Assembly (NCBI GenBank): GCA_964016885.1
Contig: OZ024740.1
Coordinates: forward strand, 426,622,001 to 426,686,000
Direction of reading: 5' to 3'
DNA length: 64,000 nucleotides
From: Eledone cirrhosa
Taxonomy: Eukaryota
Shown here piece by piece: positions 38,044 through 48,813 of this stretch. The position numbers were made by a program, and so were the translations under genes. The stretch's first letter is position 1. Each line of letters starts with the position of its first letter. The notes under the pieces were generated by a model. It was given only the letters and a program-made list of their open reading frames with translations. It had not been told where the DNA came from and ran no database searches.

Positions 38044-38109
<66 letters not shown>

Positions 38110-38439
38110 TATGAAGAGAGAAGAAACATTTAGATATAATTAGTAATAAAATGTATCATACCTAAACTGCTCCTAAATTCCTCGACTACGTAGTTTCGTG
38201 GCATAAACAAAAACAATATATCATAAAGACATAGAGTCCTTGCGAGGTCTGCCGACTTATCAAGAGGATACCTATTTTACTAGTCTCAAGAACGCGTCTA
38301 CACGACGTGAGAAAGAATCCCAAAAGGCGGAGGGGGAGATAGTCACGCGATATAACGGTCGAGAAACAGAGCTAAGCCTCTTATAACCCCGAAGAAAATA
38401 CCACGGAGGCGGAGGGGGTATTTATATCGAGGCCGTAGA

Positions 38440-38479
<40 letters not shown>

Positions 38480-38545
38480 AGCTTTAACCTAATATACCCC
38501 TTCCATATACTGTACCGATTCTGTTTTTATTTCTGTTTACCTTTT

Positions 38546-38637
<92 letters not shown>

Positions 38638-39051
38638 GAGTATAGGCGGTAATTACATTCCCAATGTATCTATCGTTGATATCTAATCCCAAGGTCCTGC
38701 CGACAAGTATGATATGATATTTGACACATATAAATCTAGGGACAGAGAAATATTCAATTATTATTACATTGATAGTTAGAGTGCAATTATGCGGAACGTG
38801 TCCCCACGACGGCTATCTCAGCGATTATTTTTCAAACAGATAATACTGCAATGAATTATAAAGGTAGAGTTATTACCTACTGACAACAACAATAGCAACA
38901 TTACCGAAACATAGCCAACAACAAATGCAGTGTTCAGCCCACTGGCCTATTTTCAATTTTATGAAAGGATCTCTTAATATCACGTAGATTCATATCAATC
39001 GTATTAGGCGAAACACGCTGTTAGATGCAGAAGGTGTATCAAAACCGTATC

Positions 39052-39202
<151 letters not shown>

Positions 39203-39360
39203 ACGTATATATATATACATATATATAAATATATATATATATATAGAGAGAGAATTAGTATATTTACCAACATATGCGTACAGATGTACACCAATGCTAG
39301 CAAATACATAAGTTATGTCATAGTACCTAGGTGGTTCTATGCAGGGGGATGCAGAACAAT

Positions 39361-39528
39361 TATATGAAAGACGTAAAATAAGAAAATTTTAAAAATTAAA
39401 AATTAACTTACTTACTAAAATTTTCACTCCAACTAATTAGTTTCTGTAATGGGATAAAGATAGTTACGCAATGAAAATTTTAGTAAGCAAGTTAATTTTT
39501 AACTTTTAAAATTTTCTTATTTTACGTC

Positions 39529-39537
<9 letters not shown>
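39361..39537. repeat. fold-back mini-element
   Basis: ~66 bp AT-rich inverted arms, ~40 bp spacer, ends in (TA)n. Confidence 0.8.
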
Positions 39538-39581
<44 letters not shown>

Positions 39582-39628
39582 AAGGAAAAGCGAAGTAGTT
39601 TCAGATGTCCAAGTCCTTTAATAATAAT

Positions 39629-39702
39629 GCTGTGATATATATTTCAATGGCGACACTGGCCACACTGTTCTGTGTGCGAGTGTCGTGACATCATCAGACA
39701 GC
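39629..39702 (-). ncRNA. hammerhead motif, family D
   Basis: GCTGT-CTGATGA..GAAA-TATATA-TC-ACAGC. Confidence 0.65.
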
Positions 39703-40911
39703 TTGTTACATAATAAGGTTATGTTTCCGAGGCAATCCAAATTGAATCGACATGGGAACGGATGAAATGCGTGCTCTTGGTTTTCTCACCCGTTCCCCTG
39801 TGAGTACCAATTCACCCCCACCGGTCTGCGCATGCGCATGTCCGAAGGAAGTTGACCATTAGCTACCGCAGATTTTAACGAAATTCGCTTAGTCAGTTCA
39901 CCCTCTCAGCCACACAATGGCCCGTACCATAGTTTACTGCTACCCATCTCGACTGTGGTAGTCAGTCGAAAGCCAGAGGGGATAGGAGAGTGTTAGTTTT
40001 TACAGGTCATAATACTACCTCTCACCTAGCATGGACAGTTCAACTGACCATCAACTCAAAGGGAAAATAAACTTAATTCTAGGTATCATGGTTTTACATT
40101 GTAAGTTAAGAGTGAGAGTGTGAAATAAAAATTAAAGTCATAAATCAAGTATCAGAAATTATAAATTAAACAATTAAAAAATTAACAATTAGAAATTAAA
40201 AGTTAAACATTTTTTTTCCAAGTGAGAATTCGGATTGAGGTGAGTAAAAAAATATAGATTGAAGTGAGTAAATAATATGGAGAGAGATGTTTAAGTAAGA
40301 AGTTCTGAGAGGTGTTCTAGTGTCACAGTTACTCTATCCACATATTGAACGACAGTGCCGTACATTAGAACGGAGGGTAAGCTACAGCATTCAAGGCATT
40401 AGTCAATCTGGTACACAGTCATAATTTCCATCACATGGAACAATACCAAAGAAAAACAGACATAAAAGAAAAGAACCAATAATGAATAAATGCAAAAACA
40501 CCGAGTACATATATGCAAAATGATCCATATGATTGTCAATCTGTCCATGTATAGATCGAATTGAGGGGGCTTCTGTTTAAATGCGATTTGGTGCAGGGAA
40601 ATAGGGGTTTATCTTATGTTTTGTTTCCGTGTATTTATCCTGCCGAAAGTTACTATTATGTCCGTCCAGTGTAAGGGGTTTCCATCCCATGGTAGAGGGA
40701 ATTTCCGGGGTAGCTCATGATTGGTTCCTCTCTTCTCCACCATATCGGTTACATCATAGAGCGCTCAACTAATTGGAGCTAAATTATTAGGGTAAACATT
40801 GATGCAATTCAATTCAAGCACTCAACGTACTTTTTCCACATAGGAGTGACGGAGTAAATATCGAATAAGGAAAAGCGAAGTAGTTTCAGATGTCCAAGTC
40901 CTTTAATAATA

Positions 40912-41095
40912 ATTGTTTCTACTTTAGGCACAAGGCCAGCAATTACCCAGTGCATTACTGGTACTTTTATTTTATCGACCCCGTAAGGATGAAAGGCAAA
41001 GTCAACCTCGGCGGGATTTGAACTCAGATCGTAAAGGGACGTAACTATGCTGGAAAGCATGGCGTCCGACCCTCTACCGATACTGCCAATCCACC
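40912..41095 (-). mobile_element. SINE with 16 bp TSD nested in family D copy 2
   Basis: Flanked by GTCCTTTAATAATAAT on both sides. Confidence 0.9.
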
Positions 41096-41426
41096 GTCCT
41101 TTAATAATAATGCTGTGATATATATTTCAATGGCGACACTGGCCACACTGTTCTGGCTTTCGACTGACTACCACAGTCGACATGGGTAGCAGTAAACTAT
41201 GGTACGGGGCATTGTGTGGCTGAGAGGGTGAACTGACTAAGCGAATTTCGTTGAAATCTGCGGTAGCTAATGGTCAACTTCCTTCGGACATGCGCATGCG
41301 CAGACCGGTGGGGATGAATTGGTACTCACAGAGGAACGGGTGAGAAACCCAAGAGCACTCATTTTATCCGTTCCCATGTCGATTCAATTTGGATTGCTTC
41401 GGAAACATAACCTTATTATGTAACAA

Positions 41427-41500
41427 GCTGTCTGATGATGTCACGACACTCGCACACAGAACAGTGTGGCCAGTGCCGCCATTGAAATACATATCACAGC
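41427..41500 (+). ncRNA. hammerhead motif, family D (inverted arm)
   Basis: GCTGT-CTGATGA..GAAA-TACATA-TC-ACAGC. Confidence 0.62.
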
Positions 41501-41626
41501 ATTATTATTAAAGGACTTGGACATCTGAAACTACTTCGCTTTTCCTTATTCGATATTTACTCCGTCACTCCTATGTGGAAAAAGTACGTTGAGTGCTTCA
41601 ATTGAATTGCATCAATGTTTACCCTA

Positions 41627-41692
<66 letters not shown>

Positions 41693-42039
41693 ATATTTGT
41701 AAACATCAATATACATAGGGGTGTACGTGTGTGTAGATATACACATATATATAGATGCATATATATACAAATATATATTGACAATTACATACATTCACAA
41801 ACGTGGGTGTCAGTAGATGGAAAATACTAAATATTTAAAGGGCTTGTATATCTATTTACATATATGTAATTTATATTTACATATATATCTTTGAGGGATG
41901 TCTCTTCTTGTTTGAGGTAAACCACTACTGACTATTAAATGTAGTGTGCTGTTGACTGGTTCTAATATATTTTCAAATATCTTACAAACAACGCTCTGCA
42001 CATGCAGATTCGCCTACTCCTGTGCTCGTTTAATTATAT

Positions 42040-42255
42040 ATATAGATATGATGCACATACTGCTAAATTACCATGGATTATATTTCTGCAAGTTTCAAGG
42101 CTTTTGGAGATCATCAGCAGTCTGGTCATGACTATTGTAATGTTCCATCCTGTCCCAGAAAAGACATGCAAGAAACAATTTAGCTTAGATGAAAGAACAA
42201 GACTTAAATTAGTAGACAAGTTTCTCTACCTCGTCAACATTGTCAGTCATTCTTG
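42040..42255 (+). pseudogene. RTE/BovB-like RT fragment
   Basis: TIVMFHPVP...RLKLVDKFLYL resembles the KTEVMxQPxP...LxxVDKFxYLG segment. Confidence 0.5.
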
Positions 42256-42499
42256 TTAGCTCTGTCATCTTAATATTTTGTCATTTATAATTCATATTAA
42301 CGATGGTATTGTCATATTGTTTTGTTTTTTCGGTTTCATTACGTATACAGTGAAATATGTATACACCCATAAGCGCACACGCAGAGGCGCATATATACGC
42401 AGAAGATTCGTTCTTATGTAGGAACTTGTGGATGTTGGTCACATATTAATAGAAAGTATGAAAATAATCTTGGACAGTGTAAGCATTCAACCTTCACCA

Positions 42500-43255
42500 C
42501 CATAGGCGCTGAGCTGGCCAGCCGCAGGTGTGAGTCTCGCGAGTTGAAATTGCTTTTCCAGCGCGTCTCCCTTGCCGTCCTCCCGGGAAACGCCTTCTCC
42601 ATTCTGTCTGTCGAGGCTGTGGGGAGGCCACCAATATGATTGACTGACTTGTCATTTTATCAGTCAGATGTTCTAATGATTCTATATATTTTTCATCATT
42701 CCTAAGAATGAAACATGTTTTATCTAGCAAATAGAACTTATTCCTTGTAAGTAAAACAATTATGATACCAAGAAACTTTCTAAATCAACTTGCTATTGGC
42801 CTGCTTAATCGACGTTCCCTTCCGCTGTTCACATGAGACTCTATATACCCAGAGTGACGCTGTGCCAATGGGTCCGGCAATCAGGCTCATCTTCATAGCG
42901 TTCTGTATGCTGACTTGGAAAAGAAAGGCATTCTCAAACATAACCCCAGGTTCTGCTGCGCGTCTGGCTGAGGAGGCCAAACTCTTCAAATACCGGTCGC
43001 TCTCCGACAGGTTTGCGGTTGTACCCTTGGCAGTGGAGACTTCTGGTGTCATCGGCCCTAGGGCTACCTCCCTACTCCCCACCAAAGGCGCTGATATGGT
43101 CAGCCGCAGGTGTGAGCCTCGCGAGCTGGAATGGCTGTTCCAGCGCATCTCCCTTGCCGTCCTCCGGGGAAACGCCTTCTCCATTCTGTCCGCCGGGGCT
43201 GTGGGGAGGCCACCAATGTGATTGACTGAGTTGTCATTTTATCTGTCAGGTGTTA
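42500..43255 (+). mobile_element. CRE-clade LINE 3' fragments (RLE-domain C-terminus, present twice)
   Basis: AARLAEEAKLFKY..VPLAVETSG..LFQRISLAVLRGNAFSIL at ~42945-43221; diverged second copy of the tail at ~42505-42675. Confidence 0.7.
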
Positions 43256-44096
43256 AAGCTTTTGCTGTTTTAACAGCTTCCTTGCGTTGAGTTCTTCCCA
43301 TTATTCTACGAATTATAAAGGTATAAACCCAGTGTTTCATCGTACCATAGCACATATACCATGCATGTTGATTATATATTTATTGTATTGATACAGTTAA
43401 ACAAGTCTAAAGACCCAAAAAGCCGTTCTCCAAAGCAATACCATGTTAAAATTACTGTATAACATCGACAATGATCCTTGCTTGAGTCTCATGTCTAGCC
43501 ACAGTAAACACGATAACTCCATCTGGTATGTTGCAGAGAAAATATGTAACATCTAGTCCGAAGTCATCGGTTGACAATCACCTTCCATCCCCTGTTTTAG
43601 ACAATTAGCACTAGAGGTTGTTCCTTCTCCGTAGCATTTGTCTCGGTACATTTAATTTAATACATGTCTTTTGTCAAGCCTCCCCTCCCTCAATAGTTTT
43701 CTCCAAATTCCACAGGTATTACAATGATAAGGGCATACAAAATTCCTCATGTGACATGGACATGGTTTGGCTTTCATTCTGCGAGTATTTCATATGCCAA
43801 TAACTATGGAATATTATAAACAGCGACAATGTATCTGGTTCACTCACAAATAGTATTTACTAACATTTTTCAACCACAAATTCCTGGCCCATCATGGATA
43901 GTGACAGTCATCGATCTCCGTATGTTCGAGCCACAGAATACCAATGCAGTATTAATCTCTTTTGACTGCTCTCATAATCCTGCTGCCCCAGTGCCGATAG
44001 TTTCCTACGCCATATCGCTCACACCGATATCATTAAACGTTTCGATGTAACATGCTTCCCATCAGAACTGTAGCCTGTACAGTTAGTACGGTATGT

Positions 44097-44450
44097 CTAG
44101 GGCGGGTAAAATTCTCGAGATCCATGGACGAGTTCTCTCCAGCGGTCACTGTCCCTTATTATCGCTGCCATGACCTGCGTCTCCAACAGACGTCCAAGTG
44201 TGTCCATGCAAGGGCTCTCACATGAGCACTGAGTGCAGTGTCAACTCTGGATGTCGGTGAGCATGTCCAGCTAACCTCAGTCTCGCAATGTTACTCTCGA
44301 GCTGACTTTTGGGAGGCTTCCGTACAACTCTGAGTTCAACATCCTCACTGTATACTGATTAATGTACAGAGCCATCCTCAGCATTCTCGTGTAGCACCCA
44401 TCCACCATCTGACTGAGTTCCTTGGTCAGTGTCCAAGTCTCAGACCCGTA
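44097..44450 (-). mobile_element. 5'-truncated RTE copy, same family as 31931-35245
   Basis: Clear nucleotide similarity to 31935-32337, with an internal deletion. Confidence 0.9.
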
Positions 44451-44821
44451 CTAGTGACATCAATGAGAATATCACTGACGTCACTAGTACGGCATTACCG
44501 CAAATAAACGAACTGTATCACAATCGTTCCGTTCAGAGGTGATAAAAAACTTACCTGGGAGGGAACATACTACGGCAAGGTAAGGAAACTAAAGACAATC
44601 ACCTGAAACGTCGTTGTCTTGCAGTCTGATGTTTGCAAGATGTTAAAGTACCACCTCTTCCCATTCAGATTCCACGACAAACATACAATGGTGGAAGTAT
44701 CTGGGGTGCTGAATCAGAAACCTACCTCTCAGCTTCCCTTGGATGCCAGTCGAATATTTGGACGATTGATTTGTATAATTCTTCATATATGATGAAATTC
44801 TATCCTAACTGGGCATAGAGC

Positions 44822-44903
44822 AGAAGAAGAAGAAGAAGAAGAAGAAGAAGAAGAAGAAGAAGAAGAAGAAGAAGAAGAAGAAGAAGAAGAAGAAGAAGAA
44901 GAA
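44822..44903. repeat. (GAA)n microsatellite
   Basis: Direct reading. Confidence 0.95.
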
Positions 44904-44913
44904 ACTTAACCTC

Positions 44914-44986
44914 TGGAGATTCTGTGTATCGATCCCGGTACACCTCGCATGCAAATCAAGTGATCTAATATCTCTGCTAATTCCTC
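44914..44986 (-). pseudogene. degraded tRNA-Ala(TGC) pseudogene, opposite strand to the array
   Basis: GAGGAATTAGCAGAGATATTAG...TTTGCATGCGAG..ACCGGGATCGAT..ATCTCCA; broken D, T and acceptor stems. Confidence 0.75.
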
Positions 44987-45005
44987 TAACACGTGCCACT
45001 ACTAC

Positions 45006-45037
<32 letters not shown>

Positions 45038-45382
45038 CTTCTTCTCCTTCTTCTTCTTCTTCTTCTTCTTCTTCTTCTTCTTCTTCTTCTTCTTCTTCTT
45101 CTTCTTCTTCTTCTTCTTCTTCTTCTTCTTCTTCTTCTTCTTCTTCTCCTTCTTCTTCTTCTTCATCTTCTTCTTCTTCTTCTTCTTCTTCTTCTTCTTC
45201 TTCTTCTTCTTCTTCTTCTTCTTCTTCTTCTTCTTCTTCTTCACACCACCAACATCACGTGACCTACCTGTGAGGAGGGCCGTCAGCAATAGTAATCATA
45301 GAACCTATAGAATCCGTCCGAGGCCGCCCTTATTATTTACTATATATGTATATATATATTGTAGAGAAACAGACTCATGTGA

Positions 45383-45455
45383 GGGGAATTAGCTCAGATG
45401 GTAGAGCGCTCGCTTAGCATGCGAGAGGTACCGGGATCGATGCCCGGATTGTCCA
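45383..45455 (+). tRNA. tRNA-Ala(AGC), G4.G69 mismatch
   Basis: 73 nt cloverleaf, G3.U70. Confidence 0.75.
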
Positions 45456-46108
45456 TGCGTCAAGATTTCTTTTCAAGTATTTTTTCTTCTTCAAGACTAT
45501 AGCATCACATGACCTTCTTTTGAGGTTGGCTGTCAGTTGTAATCGATAGAAGTGGTAACACAATTGGCCCTTAAATTCATACAGCCTGAAAATCGCACCA
45601 AACTATTTCAACCATATATCTATATATATAAAACATAGGAGGTCTGTTTGTGCAAATCCCTAAAACTCCAGATGTACTCGACTGACTTTTTTCAAACTTT
45701 ACACATATGTTACTTATAATACTTGAAGTCCAATAGGCTAATAGAAATTTAACTTTTGATGTTATTTTTTCATGTTCAAGTATGTAGCATCACGTGACCT
45801 TCATTTGAACATGTCTGTCGCTATAGTCAATTGACATAATCACACAATTGGTCGTTAAAGTTGAACAACTTGAATATCGTGCAGGAGGAATTGAACAAGA
45901 TATGTTTTATAAAAGCAAACTCTCACAATGGAAAATACATAGAAATTGAATCAGTCTAAGAAAATACATATCAAACTTACGATCATTGTCAAATCTGTTA
46001 GTAGGGAAAATTCAGTATTAATTTTAACTAACCAGTCAAATCGAATTGGTCAAAGATCTCCGTATGTCATTCACTATATAGATGTATATAATTGTGTGAT
46101 TCTCGTGA

Positions 46109-46181
46109 GGGGAATTAGCTCAGATGGTAGAGTGCTCGCTTTGCATGCGAGAGGTACCGGGATCAACGCCCGGATTCTCCA
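46109..46181 (+). tRNA. tRNA-Ala(TGC)
   Basis: Cloverleaf, G3.U70, G10.U25 wobble. Confidence 0.85.
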
Positions 46182-46423
46182 AATGTAGGAGTTATATTAC
46201 TATATATTTTGATGTTTCTACTTTTTACAATTTGCTATTATAGTTGTTGTTTCTGCTGTTGAATGTGATGGATTGGCAGTATCTGTAATCATCAGACAAC
46301 ATGCTTTACAGCATAGAGTTATGGCCCTTTACGCTCCGAGTTCAAATCGCGCCCATGTTAAATTAAAATAAATTAACAATAATGTACTGGGTATTTCACG
46401 GCCTTGTGCCAAAAGTACCAACA

Positions 46424-46456
<33 letters not shown>

Positions 46457-46672
46457 GAATGCTATGTTTGACGGAGGCTCGGCTCTGTAAGGTATTGTAA
46501 ATTTTGAACGCTATAACAATTGTAAATTGTTTAAATCTTTAACGAACTTGTAGACAAAAACACCCTCCTCCTCGTGAGAGGGGTCTTTCTGCCCGTTATT
46601 TGGCCCTTCGGGGTTAAATAACTGCTTATTGGGGTTTTGTGCCCAATATTTATTTTAAACAAAAAAAACAAC

Positions 46673-48778
46673 ATGGCTACGAAAAAGAATGTTCATAGGT
46701 CACTCCCACTCATTCCGTCTTCTTCTTCCTCAATCATCACTACAGCAGAGAGAAGATTGTCTCTCTCCCTCCCTTCTTTAAATGTGTCTCACTCCCTCCC
46801 TTCTCTTTCGCAAGAGACGACAGAAAAGAAAAGTCTCGTGCAAAGCGTGCAAGATTTCTCCACGACGACGACAACGACGAAACAGGTGTGCGGGAAATAC
46901 GAAAACCCATTTCATTCGTCTGACGTCAGGAATAATAGCAGTAGCAGCCGTAATAACAACAGCAACAGTGACAATGAAAACAACAGTAGCAGCCGCAACA
47001 GCATCACCAGCAGCATAAACAACAACAGCATTAGCAGCAGCAACACCAACAACAACCACAGCAACAGCGGCGGCGGCAGTAGTCATTGTACCTGCAGTAA
47101 CAACAAAAGTAACAGAAGCTCTGACGACAACAACAACAACACCACCAAAGAAAAACCAATCTCGTTTGCAGGTATCGCGAAGAACCTGGAAACAATCCTC
47201 ATAACAAATGAGGAATTAGAGGAAGCGAAGAAGATGGTGACAAAGACTGGACACCGAGCAATCTGCAAGGCAGCGGAACATTTTTTCGAAACCCAACAGC
47301 ACTGTACGGTCACGTACCGTACAGTAAGTACAAAATCCCGTAGGGTTGAAAGAGCCACAGAGGCTCAAATACAAAAAGCCTTGGGGTCTGTGTGGCAGCG
47401 GAAAACGCACATCACCCGAGGCAAAAAATATGCCACCGTAGACGTACTTTTTGCCACACCCCAGGAGGCAAAGGCTCAATCCGTAGTGACCCTAAGGAGC
47501 GAGGAAATGGTGTTGGTGCCCTCCTACTGCGGGCAAAAAATTGTGAGGGTCAAACTGACCCACGCCCCCCCCCCCCCCGGGATGGCCCCTTCTTGGCTGG
47601 CCGCGTCTGTCCTCGTCGGAATCGAGGACAAAACAACTGTACTGCAAGTACAGAAAAAAGTAAGAGAAGATTGGGACGGCACCTCCATTGAGATGTTAAT
47701 CCAAACCAACCAGGAGTGCATCGAAGCTATCCCGGATGTGATAGACTTCGATAACCGCACTCAACTGCCCATAAGTGTTGAGGGCAAACGCCCGAAATGC
47801 TTTCGCTGTGGATCGAAAACTCACCTCAGTGCCTTCAGCAACGAGAAGACCCTGAGAAAGGAGAAAACCCCCCTTCTTCCGAAACCGGCTCCACGGCTAC
47901 CAGCAACAGGACAAGCGGCAACCAGGAACGATAGGTCCGTGGCACCCATACCCACGCCACGGAAATCAAAAACAGCAGCAGCAGTGGAAATATTAACAAC
48001 AACAACAGCAATACCAAATGTAGCTGCAACAGAGACTCCAGTGCAAACATCACCAACAACAACAAGTGAAAGAGTGGAGCTGGTACCCCTCCCCGACCTC
48101 ACAGAATCAGACATGGAGTGTGAGGTGGGAGAGGGATGGCAAAAGGTCGTAAGAAGACACAAACGCAGAAGCAGCGTATCGTCGCCTTTGAAAAGGGAGG
48201 AAAGAAATGAGAAAAGGGTAAAGTCTACTACAAAGAGACTCACAGCAGCAACACCACCAACACCATCACCACCCACACTAGCACCACCATCACCACCGGC
48301 GACAACACCACCGCCAACAACACCTTCTACACCACTACCACAAGCACCAACATCGCAAACACAACAACAAAACACACACACCCAGCAACAACGACAAGAA
48401 AATAGCAGAACCACACCCCACCCCCAGAAAAACAAATGCACGGCAATAAATACACACAACAAGAAACTAATGACTTACATAATTGAACACACAGACATTT
48501 CACAACACAACTACATAATACCAGCACCAATCAAAACGCCAACTAACATAAGACTGCTAAAAATAGCACAGAAACAATACACAAACATGAAAACGAAATT
48601 CCCCAACGCAGTTGGTGATTTCAGGGACATAGGAGGAACTATCAATCAAAGAGTATATTCGGACATACTCATAGAAGAGCCGACGACCAGCCGAAGGGAC
48701 GATTCAACGGTCCCTTCACCAGACGATCAAGTGAAAAGGGATGTAAAAACCATCCCTCCTCTACGAAAAGTACGGTAA
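46673..48778 (+). CDS. Tx1-like ORF1 nucleic-acid-binding protein
   Basis: Uninterrupted ORF from ATG 46673; zinc knuckle CFRCGSKTHLSAFS (last Cys replaced by Ser); N/S and P/T low-complexity tracts. Confidence 0.8.
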   Translation: MATKKNVHRSLPLIPSSSSSIITTAERRLSLSLPSLNVSHSLPSLSQETTEKKSLVQSVQDFSTTTTTTKQVCGKYENPFHSSDVRNNSSSSRNNNSNSDNENNSSSRNSITSSINNNSISSSNTNNNHSNSGGGSSHCTCSNNKSNRSSDDNNNNTTKEKPISFAGIAKNLETILITNEELEEAKKMVTKTGHRAICKAAEHFFETQQHCTVTYRTVSTKSRRVERATEAQIQKALGSVWQRKTHITRGKKYATVDVLFATPQEAKAQSVVTLRSEEMVLVPSYCGQKIVRVKLTHAPPPPGMAPSWLAASVLVGIEDKTTVLQVQKKVREDWDGTSIEMLIQTNQECIEAIPDVIDFDNRTQLPISVEGKRPKCFRCGSKTHLSAFSNEKTLRKEKTPLLPKPAPRLPATGQAATRNDRSVAPIPTPRKSKTAAAVEILTTTTAIPNVAATETPVQTSPTTTSERVELVPLPDLTESDMECEVGEGWQKVVRRHKRRSSVSSPLKREERNEKRVKSTTKRLTAATPPTPSPPTLAPPSPPATTPPPTTPSTPLPQAPTSQTQQQNTHTQQQRQENSRTTPHPQKNKCTAINTHNKKLMTYIIEHTDISQHNYIIPAPIKTPTNIRLLKIAQKQYTNMKTKFPNAVGDFRDIGGTINQRVYSDILIEEPTTSRRDDSTVPSPDDQVKRDVKTIPPLRKVR

Positions 48779-48813
48779 GTGGTCTTTCCCATCTTTTCCA
48801 CTCTATTTTAGAC

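Larger units (their letters stand above)
39577..41628 (-). mobile_element. non-autonomous PLE-like family D, copy 2
   Basis: ~1286 bp unit 39577-40862, partial second unit to ~41154, inverted arm 41151-41628; (TA)n on both flanks. Confidence 0.78.

Noticed and set aside
43300-44070. Possible LINE relic
   Set aside because: Too degraded to support any motif
44570-44720. R4/Dong-like RT fragment (IPRQTYNGG)
   Set aside because: Only a weak, short resemblance
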